From: Minisyncoccota bacterium
Lineage (GTDB): Bacteria; Patescibacteriota; Minisyncoccia; Phycocordibacterales; UBA6065
Reading direction: 5' to 3'
Assembly (NCBI GenBank): GCA_036400935.1
Contig: DASWWW010000003.1
Location: 35,716 to 99,715 of the forward strand
Length of the DNA stretch: 64,000 nt
Of this stretch, positions 17,136-29,780 are shown in pieces (the first letter of the stretch is position 1; every line of letters starts with the position of its first letter). The translations under genes were made by a program, and so were the position numbers. Below the pieces are notes generated by a model. It was not told where the DNA came from. It was given only the letters and a program-made list of their open reading frames with translations, and searched no databases.

Positions 17136-18446
17136 ATGCCTCAAGCACCTTCGAACAAGAGGAAGATAATCGCGGGCGTTCTCGTCATCGCGGTCCTCGC
17201 GGCCGGCGGGGCGTATTACGCATTGCGCCAGGACAAGACCGAGGCCGTCGCGTACAAGACCGCTGAAGAGAAGGACGAGTACGTGCGCTTCCTTATGGAA
17301 GGCTTCGACAAGATTGGCCAGAACTATTGGGAGAAGACCGACGAGGCCGCGATGGCGGGGCATTTCCAGCTCTCGTTGCAGAAAGCCCAGAACTCTATAA
17401 CCATGCCCATCCTCGCTACCAAGGATCGCGCGGGCGCCTCAAAGATGCTCGCCGAGGCGATGTCTCTCGCCACCTCGACGGATGCCAAGAAGAACCTCGC
17501 CTTGAACACCCTCAACGTCGCTCTCTACAACCTTCAGCCTGTCGGGCGAAACAGCCTGCTTTCCCAGACTCAGGAGACCGCATTCCGGGACAATGTCGCC
17601 AATGTCGACCAGAGCAAGGATCTGTACCAGGACCTCGGGCTAGAGAAGGGGGCAAGCGAGGCCGATGTGAAGGTCGCATATGAGAAGAAGGCCGCGGAGC
17701 TCGCCGCATCGACCTCGCCTGAGGCGATTGCCGAGCTCGAGAAGGCGTCTCATGCAAAGGACGTGCTCGCCAACCCTAATACCAAGGATCTTTACGACAC
17801 CGCAAAGATCGAGCCGACCGCGTCGACGAACGTCATAGGCAAGACCCTCTACATCAAGATAGACAAGATATCGCCGACGACACTTTTGGAATTCGGCAGG
17901 ACCGTATATGCCGCCACGACCACTCCGGGACTCAATAGCATGGTTATCGACTTCCGCCAGAACCTCGGCGGCGCCCTCGATTTCGCGCAGCATTTCCTTG
18001 GCTTGTTCCTCGGGCAGAATCAGTTCGCATTCGACCTTTACCAGCAGGACGTGTATAACGTGCAGAGGACCGCTCAGCCGTATTTCCCGGAGCTCGCCCG
18101 ATACAAGAATATCGTCATCCTTACCGACGGCATGACTCAGTCGACTGCCGAGGTTACGACCGCAGCCTTCAAGCGTTTCAAGCTCGGCACCGTGGTGGGC
18201 GAGACGACCCGCGGTTGGGGGACGGTGGAGAATACGTTCCCGCTCGATACGGTCATCGATTCAAAGGAGAAATACCTCATGCTTCTCGTTCACAGCATTA
18301 CGCTGCGCGAGGACAATCAGCCGACGGAAGGCAGGGGCATCGACCCGGACGTGAATATCAAGGATCCGAATTGGAAGACGCAGCTCAGGAGCCGATTGGG
18401 TTCGGAGGAGTTTGCGAAGACGGTCGAGAGCGTTTTGGCGAAATAA
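17136..18446 (+). CDS. S41-family C-terminal processing peptidase-like protein, membrane-anchored.
   Basis: TM anchor, then an S41-like core (MVIDFRQNLGGALDFAQHFLGLF...ILTDGMTQSTAEVTTAAFKRFKLGTVVGETTRGWG). Confidence 0.65.
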   Translation: MPQAPSNKRKIIAGVLVIAVLAAGGAYYALRQDKTEAVAYKTAEEKDEYVRFLMEGFDKIGQNYWEKTDEAAMAGHFQLSLQKAQNSITMPILATKDRAGASKMLAEAMSLATSTDAKKNLALNTLNVALYNLQPVGRNSLLSQTQETAFRDNVANVDQSKDLYQDLGLEKGASEADVKVAYEKKAAELAASTSPEAIAELEKASHAKDVLANPNTKDLYDTAKIEPTASTNVIGKTLYIKIDKISPTTLLEFGRTVYAATTTPGLNSMVIDFRQNLGGALDFAQHFLGLFLGQNQFAFDLYQQDVYNVQRTAQPYFPELARYKNIVILTDGMTQSTAEVTTAAFKRFKLGTVVGETTRGWGTVENTFPLDTVIDSKEKYLMLLVHSITLREDNQPTEGRGIDPDVNIKDPNWKTQLRSRLGSEEFAKTVESVLAK

Positions 18447-18482
18447 AAAACGGCCGCGATCGTCAGATCGCGGCCTTTCGTA
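18445..18482 (+). terminator. Rho-independent terminator.
   Basis: aaaaaacggccgcgatc-gtca-gatcgcggcctttcg hairpin. Confidence 0.55.
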
Positions 18483-18789
18483 TCAGAAGCTAGCTGCTAT
18501 GAAAGTGACGGTTGCGGCCGATCGCCGAACGCCGAGAAAAGGGGTTGTGAGTCTCTTGGCCTCCACGCCGACGAAGGGCGCGGCGAGCCGCGTGATTGAG
18601 CGGGGCCGGCGTATTGGTGGCCGACGTATTGCGAGCAAATGACTTTTTGGCCATAGGGGTGAGCAAGCTACTTAACCAGCATTATGTATGGTCCTTTCAT
18701 CCGGGACCGTGTACGGATTCATTTCCCAGTATATCTAGGGCGCCACGCGTGTCAAAGCTTGAAAAGGGGACAGGTTTCTGATAGTCTCT

Positions 18790-18950
18790 ATCTCGAAAGG
18801 CCGGAGAAAGTAGGTGGCCCTATACAAGGCCATAATCCTCGAAAGAGGCACTCCTACTGAGGTCGAAACGCCAAAGCGCGCAAGCGCCGAAGCGTCTCTA
18901 CTCCACCTGCCGAAAGGCAGCCTTTTATTTATCAGAGGTAAGTTGAAATA
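18790..18950 (+). promoter_or_regulatory. Candidate ribosomal-protein L10 leader (autoregulatory structured 5'UTR) upstream of rplJ.
   Basis: Sits directly upstream of rplJ within a roughly 470-nt non-coding gap. Several complementary segments are visible (ggccggag...ctccacctgccgaaaggcagcc). No model was run. Confidence 0.25.
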
Positions 18951-18953
18951 TAC

Positions 18954-19445
18954 ATGCCAATCACGAAAGACAAGAAGAAGGAGCTCGTCTCGGAACTCGA
19001 GACAGTCTTCAAGGGTTCGAAAGGAGTCGTCTTCGTAGGATTCAAGGGTCTCAAGGTAAACGAGGCTAACACCATGCGAAAGGGCTTCAAGGCGCAGGGA
19101 GTTAACTTCATCGTAGCCAAGAAGACTCTCATGGGCCGCGCTCTCGAGTCGGCAAAGATCGAAGGCACAAAGCCTGAGATCGGCGCAGAAGTCGCAGTCG
19201 CGTACTCAGCTGAGAATCTCACGACAGCTCGCGAAGTCGGAAGCTTTTTGAAGGCGAACAAAGGCAAGCTCTCTATCCTCGGAGGTATTTTCGAAGGAAA
19301 GTACATCACGGCGGCGGAGGTAGCAGTCTACTCTTCGATCCCAGATCGCAAGACTCTCTACGCTCAGGTGGTCAATCTCTTCAATTCTCCTATCCAGGGA
19401 TTTGTTATGGCCGCTAGCGAGATAGCTAAGAAGAAGCAGGCTTAA
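18954..19445 (+). CDS. rplJ: 50S ribosomal protein L10.
   Basis: 163-aa L10 sequence. It has the codon bias of highly expressed genes and is followed by rplL. Confidence 0.9.
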   Translation: MPITKDKKKELVSELETVFKGSKGVVFVGFKGLKVNEANTMRKGFKAQGVNFIVAKKTLMGRALESAKIEGTKPEIGAEVAVAYSAENLTTAREVGSFLKANKGKLSILGGIFEGKYITAAEVAVYSSIPDRKTLYAQVVNLFNSPIQGFVMAASEIAKKKQA

Positions 19446-19465
19446 TTAATAATCTATTTATCACT

Positions 19466-19840
19466 ATGGAAACCCCAGCAAAATTCAAGGCAATCGTAGA
19501 TGCTCTCGAAGCAATGTCGGTCCTCGACCTTCACGAGCTCGTAAAGCACCTCGAGACTAAGTTCGGCGTATCTGCAGCAGCAGTCGCAGTAGCGGCTCCA
19601 GCAGCGGGCGCAGCAGCAGGCGAGGAGAAGTCTACCTTCACGGTAGAGCTCAAGGACGCAGGCGCTTCAAAGATCAACGTTATCAAGGTCGTGAAGGAAG
19701 CTCTCGGACTCGGCCTCAAGGAAGCAAAGGACCTCGTAGACGCAGCTCCAAAGGTACTCAAGGAGGGCGTAAAGAAGGAGGATGCAGACAAGCTCAAGAA
19801 GGAGATCGAAGCTGCAGGAGGAAAGGTAGAGTTGAAATAA
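19466..19840 (+). CDS. rplL: 50S ribosomal protein L7/L12.
   Basis: 124 aa with an N-terminal dimerisation domain, an Ala-rich hinge and the C-terminal domain ([40 protein letters not shown]). Confidence 0.9.
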   Translation: METPAKFKAIVDALEAMSVLDLHELVKHLETKFGVSAAAVAVAAPAAGAAAGEEKSTFTVELKDAGASKINVIKVVKEALGLGLKEAKDLVDAAPKVLKEGVKKEDADKLKKEIEAAGGKVELK

Positions 19841-19860
19841 TCTCCCTTATCCCCAAGAAC

Positions 19861-19884
19861 GAGCCGCCGCAAGGCGGCTTTTTC
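19861..19884 (+). terminator. Rho-independent terminator after rplL.
   Basis: gagccgccgc-aa-ggcggctttttcg hairpin. Confidence 0.6.
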
Positions 19885-19903
19885 GTGGGATACTGAATCC
19901 ATC

Positions 19904-20569
19904 ATGGACAAGGCATTCATCGCGATAATGGTGCTCGTAGCCCTCATCATGCTGGGCGGGGCGGGAGGGTCGTCATCCGCGCCCGCGGACAGGAACGTCG
20001 GGACAGATACGTATCTCGTCCCTGATACCAAACCAGTCGTTCCTGAGGCGATTCAGGCATCGCCTATACGGCCGACTGACAATTCCTGGCAGGGCGAGGA
20101 GGGCACGATCGCGGTAGGCAGCGTCTCTTCGGGACCTGTCACGATATACGAGGGAAGCCCGACGAGGATAATGTCATTTAGCGTAAGCGCTCGCGGATCG
20201 CAGGTGTACGTCCAGCGCGTAAGGGTCGACCTCGGCCAGACCAAGGACGTGTGGCTCAAGATCCTGAGCGAGGCAACCCTGCGGGATGACTACGGCACCG
20301 TGCTTGCTCGCGTCGTGCTCGACAATTCTACGGTAAGCACGATCGGCGGCAGGCAGATCCTGACATTCGCCGGCTTCAACTATGCGGTAGACAAGAACGC
20401 CACCCGCACTCTCCATGTCTACGCCGATCCGTACTCGACCATAGACGGCGGCAGCGGCAGGGAATACGCCATCTCTATCCCAAAGCATGGCGTCCGCGCC
20501 CAGGACGGAAGGGCGTCTGAAATATACGGCCCGGAGCGGGCTATCTTGACCTCGATAAGGCTCCAGTAG
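19904..20569 (+). CDS. Membrane-anchored hypothetical protein carrying one copy of the repeat domain found in the 8428-10299 surface protein.
   Basis: TM helix, then VYVQRVRVDLGQTKDVWLKIL...DDYGTVLARVVLDNSTV...ILTFAGFNYAVDKNATRTL. This aligns at roughly 45 % identity with ITVQRIKLDLGDSTSIYTKVF...DDAGNVVARADLNSNTV...LTFGGFSYNVAKDSSKVL in the surface protein. Confidence 0.6.
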   Translation: MDKAFIAIMVLVALIMLGGAGGSSSAPADRNVGTDTYLVPDTKPVVPEAIQASPIRPTDNSWQGEEGTIAVGSVSSGPVTIYEGSPTRIMSFSVSARGSQVYVQRVRVDLGQTKDVWLKILSEATLRDDYGTVLARVVLDNSTVSTIGGRQILTFAGFNYAVDKNATRTLHVYADPYSTIDGGSGREYAISIPKHGVRAQDGRASEIYGPERAILTSIRLQ

Positions 20570-20644
20570 CTGCTACGGTAGGGTTTTTGTGTTGTACCGC
20601 CGTTTTGCTATACTCCATGTACTTTTATACAGAAATCAAAACAC

Positions 20645-21274
20645 ATGGACACACTTTCGCAGCTCTTCGGTTCCGCTCTTCGGGTAAAGCTCATGAGGCT
20701 TTTCCTTTTCAACAAAGGCGTGGCGTACGACGTCATGTATATCGAGGACAAGACCGGCGCTCGCGCTAAGGACATCGAGAAGGAGGTCGCATCACTGAAG
20801 AAAATGAAGCTCGTGAAGGGTACTTCGCTCTCCCGCGTCGTATCCATAAAATTCGGCAAGAAGACTGTCGAGAAGAAAAAGACCTTCAAGGCATGGACTC
20901 TCGACAGCGGCTTCGAATTCACCGAGGCTCTTACCGATTTCCTGATAAAGACCCACTCGCTCGAGGACAAGGCCATCGTCCGCAGGCTCGACAAGGTCGG
21001 CCGCATCAAGGCCGTACTGGTATCCGGCATATTCATGCGGGATTCGGATAGCCGCATAGACATGTTCGTCGTCGCCGACGCTCTCAAGCAGGCGTCCATG
21101 GACAAGGTCATCAAGTCTATAGAGTCGGATATGGGCAAGGAGATCCGCTATGCGGTAATGTCGGCCGCCGATTTCGAATACAGGCTGAGCATGAACGACA
21201 AGCTCGTCAGGGACGTGCTCGATTTCCCTCATAAAGTGCTCTCGAACAAGATAGGCATCATCAGCAAGCAGTAG
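20645..21274 (+). CDS. Hypothetical protein with an N-terminal winged-helix-like segment.
   Basis: 209-aa ORF followed by a clean terminator. N-terminus is LRVKLMRLFLFNKGVAYDVMYIEDKTGARAKDIEKEVASLKK. Confidence 0.5.
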   Translation: MDTLSQLFGSALRVKLMRLFLFNKGVAYDVMYIEDKTGARAKDIEKEVASLKKMKLVKGTSLSRVVSIKFGKKTVEKKKTFKAWTLDSGFEFTEALTDFLIKTHSLEDKAIVRRLDKVGRIKAVLVSGIFMRDSDSRIDMFVVADALKQASMDKVIKSIESDMGKEIRYAVMSAADFEYRLSMNDKLVRDVLDFPHKVLSNKIGIISKQ

Positions 21275-21284
21275 GGGAAGGTGG

Positions 21285-21312
21285 AAAAATCGCCAGCGGT
21301 GGCGATTTTTTC
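21285..21312 (+). terminator. Rho-independent terminator.
   Basis: aaaaatcgcc-agcggt-ggcgatttttt hairpin. Confidence 0.6.
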
Positions 21313-21359
21313 GTTGTATAATTACCAGCGCAGGAGTTTATTACTTTTAATTACTTATT

Positions 21360-22049
21360 ATGTTGATGTCACTCAGGGAGTCGCTCGTCGGCTCATTTAA
21401 CGGAATCTCAACAGGCCTCGTAGCGTTCATCCCGCGCCTTTTCTGGGCGGCGATCACGTTCATCGCGGCTTGGATCATCGGCGCTTTCATCGGAAAGCTC
21501 GTCGCCCACATCTTTAGGGCACTCAAGGTAGACAGCGCTCTCGAGAGGGCGGGCTTCAGCGCTACGCTCCACCGAGCGGGCCTCACCCTTAACTCGGGCG
21601 CTCTCGTAGGCGGCCTCGTAAAGTGGTTCATCATCGTTATTGGCCTCGTCGCCGCTTTCGATATCATCGGCCTCGTGCAGGTGAATATCTTCCTCCAGTC
21701 GGTCGTATTGCTCTATCTCCCTCAGGTGATAGTGGCCGTGCTTATCCTCTTGGTATCGATCGTCATCGCTGACGTCGTATCGAAGGTCATCCAGAGCTCT
21801 GCAAAGGCGGCTGGCGTCCGATCGGCCAACTTCCTCGGCACGATGGCTCGATGGGCAATTTGGATCTTCGCTATCCTCATGGCTCTCGTCCAGCTCCAGA
21901 TCGCGACCACTTTCATCCAGACCCTCTTTACCGGCGTCGTTGTGGCTCTCGCCATCGCTTTCGGCCTCGCATTCGGACTCGGCGGCCAGGAGGCTGCTGC
22001 TCGCTACATCGAGAAGGTAAAGCAGGATATAGCAGATCATAAGAACTAA
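21360..22049 (+). CDS. Integral membrane protein with repeated conserved TM helices (TM_helix / MscS-N-like).
   Basis: 229 aa with about six hydrophobic helices. The antisense ORF 21408-22052 is rejected. Confidence 0.55.
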   Translation: MLMSLRESLVGSFNGISTGLVAFIPRLFWAAITFIAAWIIGAFIGKLVAHIFRALKVDSALERAGFSATLHRAGLTLNSGALVGGLVKWFIIVIGLVAAFDIIGLVQVNIFLQSVVLLYLPQVIVAVLILLVSIVIADVVSKVIQSSAKAAGVRSANFLGTMARWAIWIFAILMALVQLQIATTFIQTLFTGVVVALAIAFGLAFGLGGQEAAARYIEKVKQDIADHKN

Positions 22050-22054
22050 CAATC

Positions 22055-22462
22055 ATGAGAAAAGACATTACCGCTCTCGTAGTCAGGCTCATTGTCGGAG
22101 GCATCTTTATTACCGCCGGATACCTTAAGGTTACTGAGATGGCCGGCACTATCGGATTCTTCGGCCAGCTCGGCATTCCAGCGTTCCTCGCGTATGTAGT
22201 CACGTACGCCGAGCTCATCGGCGGTGCGTTCATCGTGCTTGGCCTCTGGACGTGCATCTCTGCCGCGGTCCTCGCCGTCGTGATGCTTGTCGCCGTGGTT
22301 CTTTCGTTCCCAGGAGGGTTCCAGGCGTACTCGTATCCTCTCGTCGTCCTCGCGGGATTGGTATCCCTTATCGGCTCGTGCGGAGGGAAGTACTCGATTA
22401 CCGGCTGCCGATCGTGCAGGAAGGTAAGCGTGCCTGCAGACGCTCAGACGCCTCAGATATAG
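22055..22462 (+). CDS. DoxX-family membrane protein.
   Basis: 135 aa with four TM helices. RLIVGGIFITAGYLKV is the DoxX signature (RL.LG..F...G..K). Confidence 0.65.
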   Translation: MRKDITALVVRLIVGGIFITAGYLKVTEMAGTIGFFGQLGIPAFLAYVVTYAELIGGAFIVLGLWTCISAAVLAVVMLVAVVLSFPGGFQAYSYPLVVLAGLVSLIGSCGGKYSITGCRSCRKVSVPADAQTPQI

Positions 22463-22475
22463 ACTTGTTCGTTTG

Positions 22476-22514
22476 AAAGCGGCCGGGACCCTTCGGGTCC
22501 CGGCCGCTTTTCGT
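22476..22514 (+). terminator. Rho-independent terminator.
   Basis: aaagcggccgggaccc-ttc-gggtcccggccgcttttcg hairpin. Confidence 0.65.
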
Positions 22515-22621
22515 CGTTTTTATTACAACCTCCATATACCCATATGTCAATCTCTGTAAGGGTCCTGTGGCAGGGCCGTCACCCAATCCTTAGACAAAAG
22601 GGAAGAATCGTGGTTTAGGGC

Positions 22622-22649
22622 TTGACGAATAGGGCGCGATAAGTATACT
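22622..22649 (+). promoter_or_regulatory. Promoter of the 23S-5S rRNA unit.
   Basis: TTGACG, 16 nt, TATACT, then tacttctacctc. It is near-identical in -10 and downstream sequence to the 16S promoter at 40730. Confidence 0.5.
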
Positions 22650-23009
22650 TACTTCTACCTCCAAATGGTTATTAATTCTCATCTAGCGCGAACGAAATAA
22701 AGGCCATTCAGTTGGCTATATTACGTTTCGCTCGAGAGAGCGATTTCTTTTTTAAGGGGGTATGTTGTTTCTTCGACAATAGAACCCCACCGCATGAGTC
22801 TTTCGAGTCAGTCCTACAAGGGACCGATGAGATGGTCTTTTCAAGCATGCAGGTGACTGCAATGATCTATAGATGGTTATTGCAAAACCTACTTTTTTCC
22901 AGGAAAGAAAAAGTAGAACAGGTAAATTAAAGTATTGAATTTCTGTTCGTTGTAAGCGAACAGGGATCATTGAGAGAAATTAGTTTAGTGGTTTTTAAAT
23001 TTCCTAATA

Positions 23010-26300
<3,291 letters not shown>

Positions 26301-26412
26301 TTATTAGGAAATTTATGAATCACACATGCCGTTCGAAAGGACAGCGGTGGTCTAGTTTCCTCAACTTTATTTACTTGAAATTACATATTTCCGAAAAACA
26401 ACATGATTGAGC

Positions 26413-26534
26413 TCTCTGTTCTGGTGATTCAACGCGATGGAACCACCTCTTCCCATCCCGAACAGAGAAGTTAAACGTCGTAGTGCCGATGATAGTCCTA
26501 CAGGGCGAAAGTAGGTAGTCGCCAGTACAGAGAG
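26413..26534 (+). rRNA. rrf: 5S ribosomal RNA.
   Basis: cccatcccgaacagagaagttaaac...gccgatgatagt...agtaggtagtcgcc. The terminal helix is ctctctgttc / acagagag. Confidence 0.85.
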
Positions 26535-26545
26535 TTCAATCGAAG

Positions 26546-26575
26546 AAAAAGCCGCCCTCCTGGGGCGGCTTTTTC
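26546..26575 (+). terminator. Rho-independent terminator after the 5S rRNA.
   Basis: aaaaagccgccc-tcct-ggggcggcttttt hairpin. Confidence 0.65.
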
Positions 26576-26610
26576 ATGTCTGCATTCGTATGTGCTAAAA
26601 TATGGGCACT

Positions 26611-27372
26611 ATGGCATCTTGGTCAACCAGACGAAAATACGGATACTTTCTCGCGCTCGTGGTAGTCGCGGTCGTGCTTATCGGCTTGCCGGCCTTTTTC
26701 CTCTTCTACAAGCCGCCGACCTGTGCCGACGGCAAGATGAACGGATCGGAGAGGGGAATCGACTGCGGCGGCAAATGCGCGCGCCTCTGCCCGGCCGATT
26801 TCTCGGAGGCGAAAGTCCTTTGGAGCTACTCGTCCCAGGTCGTCCCCGGCGTCTATAACGCGCTCGCGTACGCCCAGAATCCGAATCAGAACGTCGAGAT
26901 AGCATCGCTCGGATACACGTTCAAGCTGTACGACTCCGAGGGCATACTGGTCGCGGAAAAGAACGGCACGACATTCGTGCCTGCCGGCCAGAAGTTCGTC
27001 GTATTCCAGGCGGGCATACAGACAGGCACCCGCGTACCGGCCCGAACGACATTCGAATTCACCGGCACGCCTGCATGGCGCCCAGGAGCCGTGCTATCCA
27101 AGATCCGAACCCTGAATGTCGAGCTCGAGCAGGACGGCGCCCCGTCCGCAGAGGTGAGGATCAAGAATGACGCCGTCGACCAGGCTTTCTCAAATATCGA
27201 TGCCTATGTGGTTCTCTACGACAGGGACGATAATCGCGTGGCGTTCTCGAAGACTGTTATCGAGAAGATCGGCGTTTCCGAGACCCAGACCCTTTATTTC
27301 ACGTGGCCAGGGGCATTCGTCCGCCCGGTCGTAAGGACGGAGGTCATATTCATGGCTCGCCCTCAAAAATAG
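26611..27372 (+). CDS. Membrane-anchored hypothetical protein with a Cys-rich motif, translationally coupled to ftsW/rodA.
   Basis: TM anchor, then CADGKMNGSERGIDCGGKCARLCP and a beta-rich domain. Its stop overlaps the start of the SEDS-family gene. Confidence 0.5.
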   Translation: MASWSTRRKYGYFLALVVVAVVLIGLPAFFLFYKPPTCADGKMNGSERGIDCGGKCARLCPADFSEAKVLWSYSSQVVPGVYNALAYAQNPNQNVEIASLGYTFKLYDSEGILVAEKNGTTFVPAGQKFVVFQAGIQTGTRVPARTTFEFTGTPAWRPGAVLSKIRTLNVELEQDGAPSAEVRIKNDAVDQAFSNIDAYVVLYDRDDNRVAFSKTVIEKIGVSETQTLYFTWPGAFVRPVVRTEVIFMARPQK

Positions 27373-27373
27373 C

Positions 27374-28519
27374 ATGCCGGAGCTCGTCAAAGGCATCGGC
27401 GCGCGCATAGCGCGCGCCCCTATAGACTGGGTGATGCTCGCGGCAGCCGTCACGCTCGTCCTCTTCGGCCTCATTACCATGAACTCGTTCGTGGGGGAGA
27501 ACTATTTCTTCGAGAAGCAGGCGATCTGGCTCGGAGTCTCATTGGCGGTATTCTTCGGCACGAGCGTCATCGATTGGACGTTCCTCAAGCGCACGCAGGT
27601 GCTCGTGACGCTCTTTGGCGCCTTGCTGGCTCTGCTCGCATTCCTCCTCATCGCGGTACGAGCCGTAAAGGGAGCGCAAAGCTGGCTCGATCTCGGCTTT
27701 TTCTCGTTCCAGCCGACCGATCTGGCCAAGATCCTTCTCATACTTATCCTTGCAAAATACTTCTCGCGCAGGCATGTCGAGATCGCCCGCATCCGCCACG
27801 TCATAGTGTCGGGCGTCTATGCGCTCATCTTATTCTGCCTTGTCGCCCTGCAGCCCGACTTCGGAGGCGCCGTCATCATCGCCTGCGTATGGCTCGGCAT
27901 GGTGCTCGTCTCGGGCATATCCAAGAAGCATCTTTTGATATTGGGAGCTTGCGGACTGCTGGTGTTCACGCTCCTGTGGAATTTCGGCTTCAAGGATTAC
28001 CAGAAGAACCGTATCCTTACTTTTATACATCCGCTCTCCGATATTCAGGGGACGGGATATAACGCCTATCAGTCGACGATCGCCGTGGGATCCGGCGAGA
28101 TCTTTGGAAAGGGTATCGGCTATGGCACCCAGTCAAAGCTGAAATTCTTGCCCGAATACCAGACCGACTTCGTATTCGCCGCATTTGCTGAGGAGTGGGG
28201 CTTCTTTGGAGTGATACTGCTGTTCGGCACGTTCGGCGTGCTCATTTGGCGTATCGTTGCTAATGCGCGCAGGGGGGCGAGCAATTTCGAAATACTCTAC
28301 GGCCTCGGCCTCTCGATATTCTTTATGAGCCATTTTTTCATAAACGTCGGCATGAATATGGGCCTTTTGCCTGTTACGGGAATCACCTTGCCGTTCGTAT
28401 CCTACGGAGGATCGCATCTGCTTGCCGGATTCTTCGCCCTCGGCTTGCTCCAGTCTCAGCGCAGGTATATGCGCGAGGTGCATAGGGAAGAGACTAAAAA
28501 AGAGTTTCTCGGAATCTAG
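27374..28519 (+). CDS. SEDS-family peptidoglycan polymerase (FtsW/RodA).
   Basis: 381 aa, about 10 TM helices, and the motif DLGFFSFQPTDLAKILLILILAKYF (compare QPSEFAK). Confidence 0.85.
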   Translation: MPELVKGIGARIARAPIDWVMLAAAVTLVLFGLITMNSFVGENYFFEKQAIWLGVSLAVFFGTSVIDWTFLKRTQVLVTLFGALLALLAFLLIAVRAVKGAQSWLDLGFFSFQPTDLAKILLILILAKYFSRRHVEIARIRHVIVSGVYALILFCLVALQPDFGGAVIIACVWLGMVLVSGISKKHLLILGACGLLVFTLLWNFGFKDYQKNRILTFIHPLSDIQGTGYNAYQSTIAVGSGEIFGKGIGYGTQSKLKFLPEYQTDFVFAAFAEEWGFFGVILLFGTFGVLIWRIVANARRGASNFEILYGLGLSIFFMSHFFINVGMNMGLLPVTGITLPFVSYGGSHLLAGFFALGLLQSQRRYMREVHREETKKEFLGI

Positions 28520-28529
28520 TTTGGAAAAG

Positions 28530-28560
28530 CAAAAGCCCGCATCTCGCGGGCTTTTGCTTC
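28530..28560 (+). terminator. Bidirectional terminator between the SEDS-family gene and the minus-strand GT4 gene.
   Basis: aaaagcccgc-atct-cgcgggcttttg hairpin. Confidence 0.55.
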
Positions 28561-28564
28561 AGCA

Positions 28565-29722
28565 TTATTTCTTTTCGTACACCGCGACGGTATTCTTGAC
28601 CATGAGCTCGATCGAGAATTTCGCCCGTACTTTCTCCTCGAGGGCTTTGCCGAATGCGGCGGCACGAGCCCGCTCATCGAGCACCATATGGAGCCCTTGG
28701 GCTATATCGGCTGGCTTTCGGGTCTGGACAAGGATGCCGGACTGCATATCGTCGATGATCTCGCGTACGCCGCCGACATTGGTCGCCACGACAGGCAGGG
28801 CAGCGAATCCGGCCTCAATAACTACATAGGGCAGGCCTTCCTTTATAGAGCTGAGGACGAAAGCATCAAAAGCCTTGAGGTAGGTAGGGGACTCTTTCAC
28901 GAATCCGACGAGGGCGACCTGCTTCTCGACGCGGAATTTCTGGATGAGGCTTATGAGGCTCGCCCGCTCCTCGCCTTCGCCCATGATGACGAGCTTTGCC
29001 GGCTTGTCGAAGTCCATCGCCAGTTCGGCGAATGCCTCGATGAGGTATTCGTAGCCCTTGTTCTTGTGGAGCTCTCCCATGGCGCCGATAAGGATGTCGT
29101 CGGGAGCGATCTCTACGCCCTTTGCGTGGGCGAGCTCGGTCATGTATCTGCGGCCGCGCAATGCGTCCTTGAATTCCGGTACGCGCACGCCGTTGTGGAC
29201 GAGCGTCATTTTATGGCCAACGAAGGCCATTTTTCTGCCATCTGACAGGTCGCGTTCGGAAACAGTGATCGTGGTATGCGAAAAAGCCACGGTGAGCCAT
29301 GAAAAGAAATTGATCGCGAGGAGCGAGAGGGCAGAGCGATCCTCGTTGAACGGCCATCCGTGGCAGGTGAATATGATGCGAGGAACGCCCATTGCGCGAG
29401 CCGCGAAAGCGCCGAGACCGCCGACCTTGGAGCTGTTTACGTGGACGATGTCGGGCTTTTCCTTCCTGAAAATCGAGAGCAATCGGAAGAGGCTCGCAGC
29501 GTCGCCGAATACGGTCACGTCGCGCTGGAGCGACTTTATCGATACGGTGCGCACTCCTGCCGCCGCGAGCTTGTCGGCGAGGGGGCCTTTTCCGCCGAAT
29601 ACTACGGCCACGTCATAGGATTCCTTGGGCAGGGAGGTTGCCAGGTCGTATACGTATTTCTGAGCTCCGCCCCAATTCGATTTGGTAATGACGAACAGTA
29701 TTTTCTTTCGCTTCTGGTCCAT
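28565..29722 (-). CDS. Family-4 glycosyltransferase (GT-B fold).
   Basis: 385 aa. The C-terminal half carries the GT4 sugar-nucleotide motif (FVLSSIKEGLPYVVIEAGFAALPVVATNVGGVREII). Confidence 0.8.
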   Translation of the reverse strand: MDQKRKKILFVITKSNWGGAQKYVYDLATSLPKESYDVAVVFGGKGPLADKLAAAGVRTVSIKSLQRDVTVFGDAASLFRLLSIFRKEKPDIVHVNSSKVGGLGAFAARAMGVPRIIFTCHGWPFNEDRSALSLLAINFFSWLTVAFSHTTITVSERDLSDGRKMAFVGHKMTLVHNGVRVPEFKDALRGRRYMTELAHAKGVEIAPDDILIGAMGELHKNKGYEYLIEAFAELAMDFDKPAKLVIMGEGEERASLISLIQKFRVEKQVALVGFVKESPTYLKAFDAFVLSSIKEGLPYVVIEAGFAALPVVATNVGGVREIIDDMQSGILVQTRKPADIAQGLHMVLDERARAAAFGKALEEKVRAKFSIELMVKNTVAVYEKK

Positions 29723-29780
29723 AATGTGGCTTTAAGTATACCTTGTAACCCCGGCGGGGTCATGTAATATTACAGTCTAT

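Noticed and set aside
18412-18781. Two small plus-strand ORFs (76 and 61 aa) in the gap upstream of rplJ.
   Set aside because: They are Arg-rich, have no start context and overlap the terminator of the upstream gene. The region is treated as non-coding leader or remnant.
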